Below are positions 1 through 9,816 of a stretch of 64,000 bases of DNA, in pieces; the first letter of the stretch is position 1, and each line of letters begins with the position of its first letter. The stretch is taken from assembly GCA_964016885.1 (NCBI GenBank), contig OZ024744.1, forward strand, positions 128,650,001 to 128,714,000, given 5' to 3'. The notes under the pieces were generated by a model. The model was not told where the DNA came from. It saw only the letters and a list, made by a program, of their open reading frames with translations, and searched no databases. A program made the position numbers and the translations under genes. This DNA is from Eledone cirrhosa. Lineage: Eukaryota.

Positions 1-3000
1 TTGGGGTTAAGTTAAGTTGGGGTTAAGGTAAGGTGGGGTTAAGTTAAGTTGGGGTTAAGTTAAGTTGGGGTTAAGTTAAGTTGGGGTTAAGTTAAGTTAG
101 GGTTAATTTCAGTTGGGGTTATGTTAAGTTGGGGTTAAGTTAAGTTGGGGTTAAGTTAAGTTGAGGTTAAGTTAAGTTGGAGTTAAGTTAAGTTGGGGTT
201 AAGCTAAGTTGGGGTTAAGTTAATTTGCGGTTAAGTTAGGTTGTGGGTTAAGTTAAGTTGGGGTTAAGTTAAGCTGGGGTTAAGTTAGGGTAAGTTAAGT
301 TGGGGTTAAGTTAAGTTGGGGTTAAGTTAGGTTGGGGTTAAGTTAAGTTGGGGTTAAGTTAAGTTGGGGTTGAGTTAAGTTGGGGTTGAGTTAAGTTGGG
401 GTTAAGTTAAGTTGGGGTTAAGTTAAGTTGGGGTTAAGTTAAGTTGGGGTTAAGTTAAGTTGGGGTTAAGTTAAGTTGGGGGCAAGTTAAGTTGGGGTTA
501 ATTTAAGTTGAGGTTAAGTTAAGTTGGTGTTAAGTTAAGTTGGGGCTAAGTTAAGTTGGGGCTGAGTTAAGTTGGGGCTGAGTTAAGTTGCAGTTAAGTT
601 AAGTTGGGGTTGAGTTAAGTTGCGGTTAAGTTAAGTTGGGGTTAAGTTAAGTTGGGGTTAAGTTAAGTTGGGGTTTATTTAAGTTGGGGTTCAGTTAATT
701 TGGGGTTAAGTTAAGTTTGGGTTAAGTTGGGGTTAAATTAAGTTGGGGTTAAATTAAGTTGGGGTTAAGCTAATTTGGGGTTAAGTTAAGTTGGGGTTAA
801 TTTAAGTTGGGGTTAAGTTAAGTTGCGGGTAATTTAAGTCGGGGTTAAGTTAAGTTGGGGTTAAGTTAAGTTGGGGTTAAGTTAAGGTGGGGTTTAGTTA
901 AGTTGGGGTTAAGTTAAGTTGGGGGTAAGTTAAGTTGGGGGTAAGTTAAGTTGGGGGTAAGTTAAGTTGGGGTTAAGTTAAGTCGGGGTTAAGTTAAGTT
1001 GGGGTTAAGTTAAGTTGGGGTTAATTTAAGTTGGGGTTAAGTTAAGTTGGGGGTAAGTTAAGTTGGGGGTAAGTTAAGTTAGGGTTAAGTTAAGTTGGGG
1101 TTGAGTTAAGTTGGGGTTAAGTTAAGTTGGGGTTATGTTAAGTTGGGGTTAAGTTAAGTTGGGGTTAAGTTAAGTTGGGGTTAAGTTAAGTTGCGGTTAA
1201 GTTAAGTTGGGGTTAAATTAAGTTGGGGTTAAGTTAAGTTGGGATTAAGTTAAGTTGGGGTTAAGTTAAGTTGGGGTTAAGTTAAGTTGGGGTTAAGTTA
1301 GATTGTTGTTAAGTTAAGTTGGGGTTAAGTTAAGTTGGGGTTAAGTTAAGTTGGGGTTAATTTAAGTTGGGGTTAAGTTATGTCGGGGTTAAGTTGAGTT
1401 GGGGTTAAGTTAAGTTGGGGTTAAGTTAAGTTGGGGTTAAGTTAAGTTGGGGTTAAGATAAGTTGGGGTTAAGTTAAGTTGGGGTTAAATTAAGTTCGGG
1501 TTAAGTTAATTTGGGGTTGACTTAAGTTGGGGTTAACTTAAGTTGGGATTAAGTTAAGTTGGGGTTAAGTTAAGTTGGGGTTAAATTAAGTTCGGGTTAA
1601 GTTAAGTTGGGGTTAAGTTAAGTTGGGGTTAAGTTAAGTTGGGGTTAAGTTAGGTTGGGGTTAAGTTAAGTTGGGGGTAAGTTAAGTTGGGGTTAAGTTA
1701 AGTTGGGGTTAAGTTAAGTTGGGGGTAAGTTAAGTTGGGGTTAAGCTAATTTGGGGTTAAGTTAAGTTGGGGTTAATTTAAGTTGGGGTTAAGTTAAGTT
1801 GCGGGTAATTTAAGTCGGGGTTAAGTTAAGTTGGGGTTAAGTTAAGTTGGGGTTAAGTTAAGGTGGGGTTTAGTTAAGTTGGGGTTAAGTTAAGTTGGGG
1901 GTAAGTTAAGTTGGGGGTAAGTTAAGTTGGGGGTAAGTTAAGTTGGGGTTAAGTTAAGTCGGGGTTAAGTTAAGTTGGGGTTAAGTTAAGTTGGGGTTAA
2001 TTTAAGTTGGGGTTAAGTTAAGTTGGGGGTAAGTTAAGTTGGGGGTAAGTTAAGTTAGGGTTAAGTTAAGTTGGGGTTGAGTTAAGTTGGGGTTAAGTTA
2101 AGTTGGGGTTATGTTAAGTTGGGGTTAAGTTAAGTTGGGGTTAAGTTAAGTTGGGGTTAAGTTAAGTTGCGGTTAAGTTAAGTTGGGGTTAAATTAAGTT
2201 GGGGTTAAGTTAAGTTGGGATTAAGTTAAGTTGGGGTTAAGTTAAGTTGGGGTTAAGTTAAGTTGGGGTTAAGTTAGATTGTTGTTAAGTTAAGTTGGGG
2301 TTAAGTTAAGTTGGGGTTAAGTTAAGTTGGGGTTAATTTAAGTTGGGGTTAAGTTATGTCGGGGTTAAGTTGAGTTGGGGTTAAGTTAAGTTGGGGTTAA
2401 GTTAAGTTGGGGTTAAGTTAAGTTGGGGTTAAGATAAGTTGGGGTTAAGTTAAGTTGGGGTTAAATTAAGTTCGGGTTAAGTTAATTTGGGGGTGACTTA
2501 AGTTGGGGTTAACTTAAGTTGGGATTAAGTTAAGTTGGGGTTAAGTTAAGTTGGGGTTAAATTAAGTTCGGGTTAAGTTAAGTTGGGGTTAAGTTAAGTT
2601 GGGGTTAAGTTAAGTTGGGGTTAAGTTAGGTTGGGGTTAAGTTAAGTTGGGGGTAAGTTAAGTTGGGGTTAAGTTAAGTTGGGGTTAAGTTAAGTTGGGG
2701 GTAAGTTAAGTTGGGGGTAAGTTAAGTTGGGGTTAATTTAAGTTGGGTCGAATTAAGTTGGTGTTAAGTTAAGTTGGGGTTAAGTTAAGTTGGGGTTAAG
2801 TTAAGTTGGGGTTAAGTTAAGATGGGGTTTAGTTAAGTTGGGGTTAAGTTATGTTGGGGTTACGTTAAGTTGGGGGTAAGTTAAGTTGGTGGTAAGTTAA
2901 GTTGGGGGTAAGTTAAGATGGGGTTAAATTAAGTTGGGGTTAAGTTAATTTGGGGTTGACTTAATTTGGGGTTGACTTAAGTTGGGGTTAACTTAAGTTG

Positions 3001-6000
3001 GGGTTAAGTTAAGATGGGGTTTAGTTAAGTTGGGGTTAAGTTAAGTTGGGGTTTAGTTAAGTTGGGGTTAAGTTAAGTTGGGGTTAAGTTAAGTTGGTGG
3101 TAAGTTAAGTTGGGGGTAAGTTAAGTTGGGGGTAAGTTAAGTTGGGGTTAATTTAAGTTGGGTCGAATTAAGTTGGTGTTAAGTTAAGTTGGGGTTAAGT
3201 TAAGTTGGGGTTAAGTTAAGTTGGGGTTAAGTTAAGTTGGGGGTAAGTTAAGTTGGGGTTAATTTAAGTTGGGTCGAATTAAGTTGGTGTTAAGTTAAGT
3301 TGGGGTTAAGTTAAGTTGGGGTTAAGTTAAGTTGGGGTTGAGTTAAGTCGGGGTTAAGTTAAGTTGGGGTTATGTTAAGTTGGGGTTAAGTTAAGTTGGG
3401 GTTAAGTTAAGTTGGGGTTCAATTAAGTTGCGGTTAATTTAAGTTGGGGTTAAGTTAAGTTGGGGTTAAGTTAAGTTGGGGTTAAGTTAAGTTGGGGTTA
3501 AATTAAGTTGGGGTTAAATTAAGTTGGGGTTAAGTTAAGTTGGGGTTATGTTAAGTTGGTGTTAAATTAAGTTGGGGTTAAGTTAAGTTGGGGTTAAGTT
3601 AAGTTGGGGTTAAGTTAGGTTGGTGTTAAGTTAAGTTGGGGGTAAGTTAAGTTGGGGGTAAGTTAAGTTGGTGTTAAGTTAAGTTGGGGTTAAGTTAAGT
3701 TGGGGTTAAGTTAAGTTGGGTTTAAGTTAAGTTGGGGCTAAGTTAAGTTAGGGCTAAGTTAAGTTGGGGTTAAGTAAAGTTAGGGCTAAGTTAAGTTGGG
3801 TTAAGTTAAGTTGGGGTTAATTTAACTTGGGGTTACATTAAGTTGAGGTTAAGTTAAGTTGGTGTTAAGTTAAGTTGGGGTTAATTTAAGTTGGGGTTAA
3901 TTAAGTTGGGGTTAATTTAAGTTGGGGTTAAGTTAAGTTGGGGTTAATTTCAGTTGGGGTTGAGTTAAGTTGGGGTTAAGTTTAGTTGGGGTTAATTTAA
4001 GTTGGGGTTGAGTTAAGTTGGGGTTAAGTTAAGTTGGGGTTAAGTTATGTTCGGGTTAAGTTAAGTTGCGGCTAAGTTAAGTTGGGTCTAAGTTAAGTTG
4101 GGGTTAAGTTAAGTTGGGGTTAAGTTAAGTGAGGGTTAATTTAAGTTGGGGTTATTTTAAGTTGGGGTTAAGTTAAGTTGGGGTTAAGTTAGGTTGGTGT
4201 TAAGTTAAGTTGGGGGTAAGTTAAGTTGGGGGTAAGTTAAGTTGGTGTTAAGTTAAGTTGGGTTTAAGTTAAGTTGGGGCTAAGTTAAGTTAGGGCTAAG
4301 TTAAGTTGGGGCTGAGTTAAGTTGGGGTTAAGTTAAGTTGGGGTTGAGTTAAGTTGGGGCTAAGTTAAGTTGGGGTTTAGTTAAGTTGGGGTTAAGTTAA
4401 GGTGGGGTTAAGTTAAGTTGGGGTCAACTAAAGTTGGGGTTAAGTTAAGTTGGGGTTAACTTAAGTTGGGGTTAAATTAAGTTGGGGTTAAGTTAAGTTG
4501 GGGTTAAGTTAAGTTGGGGTTAAGTTAAGTTGCGGGTAATTTAAGTTGGGGTTAAGTTAAGTTGGGGTTAAGTTAAGTTGGGGGTAAGTTAAGTTGGGGG
4601 TAAGTTAAGTTGGGGTTAAGTTAAGTTAGGGTTAAGTTAAGTTGGGGTTGAGTTAAGTTGGGGTTAAGTTAAGTTGGGGTTATGTTAAGTTGGGGTTAAG
4701 TTAAGTTGGGGTTAATTTAAGTTGGGGTTAAGTTAAGTTGCGGTTAAGTTAAGTTGGGGTTAAATTAAGTTGGGGTTAAGTTAAGTTGGGATTAAGTTAA
4801 GTTGGGGTTAAGTTAAGTTGGGGTTAAGTTAGATTGTTGTTAAGTTAAGTTGGGGTTAAGTTTAGTTGGGGTTAATTTAAGTTGGGGTTAATTTAAGTTG
4901 GGTCTAATTAAGTTGGGGTTAAGTTAAGTTGGGGTTAAGTTAAGTTGGGGTTAAGTTAAGTTGGGGTTAAGTTAAGTTGCGTTTACGTTAAGTTGGGGGT
5001 AAGTTAAGTTGGTGGTAAGTTAAGTTGGGGGTAAGTTAAGATGGGGTTAAGTTAAGTTGGGGTTAATTTAATTTGGGGTTAAGTTAAGTTAGGGTTAAGT
5101 TAAGTTGGGGTTGAGTTAAGTCGGGGTTCAGTTAAGTTGGGGTTATGTTAAGTTGGGGTTAAGTTAAGTTGGGGTTAAGTTAAGTTGGGGTTCAATTAAG
5201 TTGCGGGTAATTTAAGTTGGGGTTAAGTTAATTTGGGGGTACGTTAAGTTGGGGGTAAGTTAAGTTGGGGTTAAGTTAAGTTGGGGTTAAGTTAAGTCGT
5301 GGTTAATTTAAGTTGCGGTTAAGTTAAGTTGGGGTTAAGTTAAGTTGGGGTTAAGTTAAGTTGGGATTAAGTTAAGTTGGGGTTAAGTTAAGTTGGGGTT
5401 GAGTTAAGTTGGGGTTAAGTTAGATTATTGTTAATTTATTTTGGGGTTAAGTTAAGTTGGGGTTAAGTTAAGTTGGGGTTAATTTAAGTTGGGGTTAAGT
5501 TAAGTGGGGGTTAAGTTGAGTTGGGGTTAAGTTAAGTTGGGGTTAAGTTAAGTTGGGGTTAAGATAAGTTGGGGTTAAGTTAAGTTGGGGTTGAGTTAAG
5601 TTCGGGTTGAGTTAATTTGGGGTTAACTTAAGTTGGGGTTAACTTAAGTTGGGGTTAAGTTAAGTTGGGTTTATGTTAAGTTGGGGATAAGTTAAGTTGG
5701 GGTTAAGTTAAGTTGGGGTTCAATTAAGTTGCGGTTAATTTAAGTTGGGGTTAAGTTAAGTTGGGGTTAAGTTAAGTTGGGGTTAAGTTAAGTTGGGGTT
5801 AAATTAAGTTAGGGCTAAGTTAAGTTGAGGTTATGTTAAGTTGGTGTTAAGTTAAGTTGGGGTTAAGTTAAGTTGGGGTTTAAGTTAAGTTGGGGTTAAG
5901 TTAAGTTGGGGTTAAGTTAGGTTGGTGTTAAGTTAAGTTGGGGGTAAGTTAAGTTGGGGGTAAGTTAAGTTGGTGTTAAGTTAAGTTGGGGTTAAGTTAA

Positions 6001-6908
6001 GTTGGGGTTAATTTAAGTTGGGGTTAAGTTAAGTTGGGTTTAAGTTAAGTTGGGTCTAAGTTAAGTTGGGGTTAAGTTAAGTTGAGGTTAAGTTAAGTTG
6101 GGATTAAGTTAAGTTGGGGTCAAGTTAAGTTGGGGTTAAGTTAAGTTGGGGTTAAGTTAGGTTGGGGTCAAGTTATGTTGGGGGTAAGTTAAGTTGGGGG
6201 TAAGTTAAGTTGGGGGTAAGTTAAGTTGGGGGTGAGTTAAGTTGGTGGTAAGTTAAGTTGGGGGTAAGTTAAGATGGGGTTAAGTTAAGTTGGGGTTAAT
6301 TTAATTTGGGGTTAAGTTAAGTTAGGGTTAAGTTAAGTTGGGGTTGAGTTAAGTTGGGGTTAAGTTAAGTTGGGGTTATGTTAAGTTGGGGATAAGTTAA
6401 GTTGGGGTTAAGTTAAGTTGGGGTTCAATTAAGTTGCGGTTAATTTAAGTTGGGGTTAAGTTAAGTTCGGGTTAAGTTAAGTTGGGGTTAAGTTAAGTTG
6501 GGGTTAAATTAAGTTAGGGCTAAGTTAAGTTGAGGTTATGTTAAGTTGGTGTTAAGTTAAGTTGGGGTTAAGTTAAGTTGGGGTTAAGTTAAGTTGGGGT
6601 TAAGTTAAGTTGGGTTTAAGTTAAGTTGGGGCTAAGTTAAGTTGGGGCTAAGTTAAGTTGGGGTTAAGTTAAGTTGGAGTTAAGTTAAGTTGGGGTTAAG
6701 TTAGGTTGGTGTTAAGTTAAGTTGGGGGTAAGTTAAGTTGGGGGTAAGTTAAGTTGGTGTTAAGTTAAGTTGGGGTTAAGTTAAGTTGGGGCTAAGTTAA
6801 GTTGGGTTTAAGTTAAGTTGGGTCTAAGTTAAGTTGGGGTTAAGTTAAGTTGGGGTTAACTTAAGTTGGGGGTAAGTTAAGTTGGGTTTGAGTTAAGTTG
6901 GGGTTAAG
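1..6908 (+). repeat. 16-bp G-rich satellite array (TTGGGGTTAAGTTAAG)n, block 1, open at window start
   Basis: Continuous head-to-tail 16-mers with scattered substitutions (GGGGG, GGTG, GCGG, TTGAG, CTAAG) and rare 11/15-bp monomers; top strand nearly devoid of C. Confidence 0.99.
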
Positions 6909-7500
6909 TTAGGTTTTTCGAAAACCTTATATAATCATTTTTTTTTAGGTTTTTCGAAACACCTTATATAATCAATTTTTTTATGTTTTTCCAAAAACCT
7001 TATATAATCATTTTTTTTATACTTTTAGAAATATTTATATCTGATTTCAAATATTTATTTTTCTAGGTTTTTCGAAAACCTTATATAATCAATTTTTTTT
7101 AGGTTTTTCGAAAAATGTTATATAATCAATTTTTTTTAGGTTTTTCGAAAAACCTTATATAATCAATTTTTTTTTAGGTTTTTCGAAACACCTTATATAA
7201 TCAATTTTTTTTAGGTTTTTCGAAAAACCTTATATAATCAATTTTTTTTAGGTTTTTCGAAAAACCTTATATAATCAATTTTTTTAGGTTTTTCGTAAAA
7301 CCTTATATAATCAATTTTTTTAGGTTTTTCGAAAAACCTTATATAATCAATTTTTTTTAGGTTTTTCGAAATACCTTATATAATTAATTTTTTTTAGGTT
7401 TTTCGAAAAATCTTATATAATTAATTTATATCTGATTTCAAATATTGATTTTTTTAGGTTTTTCGAAAACCTTATATAATCAATTTTTTTTAGGTTTTTC
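6909..7500 (+). repeat. Left array of 36-38 bp minisatellite AGGTTTTTCGAAAAACCT-TATATAATCAA-T7-9
   Basis: Unit starts e.g. at 7213, 7250, 7286, 7322; interrupted twice by the TTTATATCTGATTTCAAATATT segment also found in the core units. Confidence 0.95.
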
Positions 7501-9420
7501 GAAAAAGAATGAATTCATATTCGAAATATATACTTCTGCATTAATCTTTTTACGTTTTTCTGATTTTTTGCATGTTTTGAAATTTAAAAAAAACGTAAAA
7601 AATTAATGCTTTTACAAATATTTTGAAATATTTACTTTCTGGTTTCAAATTTTGCAAATTAAATTTTTTTCTAAAAAAATCAGTTTTCGAAATCAGAAGT
7701 TAATATTTCGAAAAACGCAATTTAAAAAACTCATATTAATTTTTTTTCGAATGAAGTTTTTTTATGCTTTTAGAAATATTTATATCTGATTTAAAATATT
7801 GATTTTTTTAGGTTTACCTTATATAATCAAATTTTTTTAGGTTTTTCGAAATATCTTATATAATCAATTTTTTTTAGGTTTTTCGAAAAAGAATGAATTT
7901 GAGTTCATAGTCGAAATATATACTTCTGCATTAATCTTTGATTTTTTGCATGTTTTGAAATCTAAAAAAAACGTAAAAAATTAATGCTTTTACAAATATT
8001 TTGAAATATTTACTTTCTGGTTTCTAAGTTTGCAAATTAAATTTTTTTCGAAAAACCTAAAAAAATCAGTTTTTGAAATCAGAAGTTAATATTTCGAAAA
8101 ACGCAATTTGAAAAACTCATATTAATTTTTTTTCGAATGAAGTTTTTTATACTTTTAGAAATATTTATATCTGATTTCAAATATTGATTTTTTTAGGTTT
8201 TTCGAAAAAGAATGAATTTGAGTTCATAGTCGAAATATATATTTCTGCATTAATCTTTTTACGTTTTTCTGATTTTTTGCATGTTTTGAAATTTAAAAAA
8301 AACGTAAAAAAACAATATTTCGAAAAACGCAATTTGAAAAACTCATATTCATTTTTTTTCGAATGAATTCTTTCATACTTTTAGAAATATTTATATCTGA
8401 TTTTAAATATTGATTTTTTTAGGTTTACCTTATATAATCAAATGTTTTTAGGTTTTTCGAAAAAGAATGAATTTGAGTTCATAGTCGAAATATATACTTC
8501 TGCATTAATCTTTTTACGTTTTTCTGATTTTTTGCATGTTTTGAAATTTAAAAAAAAACGTAAAAAATTAATGCTTTTACAAATATTTTGAAATATTTAC
8601 TTTCTGGTTTCGAATTTTGCAAATTAAATTTTTTTCGAAAAAAACCTAAAAAAATCAGTTTTCGAAATCAGAAGTTAATATTTCGAAAAACGCAATTTGA
8701 AAAACTCATATTAATTTTTTTTCGAATGAAGTTTTTTTATGCTTTTAGAAATATTTATATCTGATTTCAAATATTGATTTTTTTAGGTTTTTCGAAAAAT
8801 CTTATATAATCAATTTTTTTTAGGTTTTTCGAAAAAGAATGAATTTGAGTTCATAGTCGAAATATATACTTCTGCATTAATCTTTGATTTTTTGCATGTT
8901 TTGAAATTTAAAAAAAACGTAAAAAATTAATATTTCGAAAAACGCAATTTGAAAAACTCATATTAATTTTTTTTCGAATGAATTCTTTTATACTTTTAGA
9001 AATATTTATATCTGATTTTAAATATTGATTTTTTTAGGTTTACCTTATATAATCAAATTTTTTTAGGTTGTTCGAAAAATCTTATATAATCAAATTTTTT
9101 TAGGTTTTTCGAAAAAGAATTTGAGTTCATAGTCGAAATATATACTTCTGCATTAATCTTTTTACGTTTTTCTGATTTTTTGCATGTTTTGAAATTTAAA
9201 AAAAACGTAAAAAATTAATGCTTTTACAAATATTTTGAAATATTTACTTTCTGGTTTCAAATTTTGTAAATTAAATTTTTTTCGAAAAACCTAAAAAAAT
9301 CAGTTTTCGAAATCAGAAGTTAATATTTCGAAAAACGCAATTTAAAAAACTCATATTAATTTTTTTTCGAATGAATTCTTTTAGAAATATTTATATCTGA
9401 TTTCAAATATTGATTTTTTT
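7501..9420 (+). repeat. Island 1 core: six tandem ~255-385 bp units (long, long, short, long, short, long)
   Basis: Marker GAAAAAGAAT at 7501, 7885, 8204, 8459, 8831, 9111; short units lack the ~100-bp GCTTTTACAAAT...CAGAAG segment. Confidence 0.92.
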
Positions 9421-9816
9421 AGGTTTACCTTATATAATCAAATTTTTTTAGGTTTTTCAAAAACCTTATATAATCAATTTTTTTTAGGTTTTTCGAAAAA
9501 CCTTACATAATCAATTTTTTTTAGGTTTTTTCGAAAAACCTTATATAATCAATTTTTTACGTTTTTAGAAAAACCTTATATAATCAATTTTTTTTATACT
9601 TTTAGAAATATTTATATCTTATTTCAAATATTGATTTTTTTTAGATTTTTCGAAATAACTTATATAATCAATTTTTCTAGGTGTTTCGAAAAACCTTATA
9701 TAATCAATTTTTTTTAGGTTTTTCGAAAGACCTTATATAATCAATTTTTTTTAGGTTTTTCGAAAAACCTTATATAATCAATTTTTTTAAGTTTTTCGAC
9801 AACCTTATATAATCAA
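9421..9816 (+). repeat. Right array of the ~37-bp palindromic minisatellite
   Basis: Same unit and orientation as the left array; ends CGACAACCTTATATAATCAA. Confidence 0.93.

Larger units (their letters stand above)
6909..9816. repeat. AT-rich composite repeat island 1 (long form, ~2.9 kb)
   Basis: Abrupt switch from satellite to A/T-tract DNA at TTAGGTTTTTCG (6909) and back after ATAATCAA (9816); homologous to three other islands in the window. Confidence 0.97.

Noticed and set aside
1-6908. Canonical telomerase-synthesised telomere tract
   Set aside because: Ordered inherited variants, kb-scale duplications, internal islands and inversions indicate recombinational amplification; only a telomere-like origin remains as a hypothesis.
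7213-7330. TATA box (TATATAA), splice-acceptor-like T-tract-AG and CENP-B-box-like TTCG in the 37-bp unit
   Set aside because: Short motifs expected in very AT-rich DNA; no linked gene, and the CGGG half of the CENP-B box is absent.
6909-7500. CRISPR-like appearance of ~37-bp palindromic repeats
   Set aside because: Units are head-to-tail with no unique spacers, vary in homopolymer length, and no cas genes are present.
8184-8366. 60-aa ORF (MIFLGFSKKNEF...)
   Set aside because: TTG start, F/K/N/I-rich composition expected from A/T tracts, lies within a tandem repeat unit, and the equivalents in islands 2/3 have an earlier stop (TATTAA instead of TATTCA); a chance ORF.
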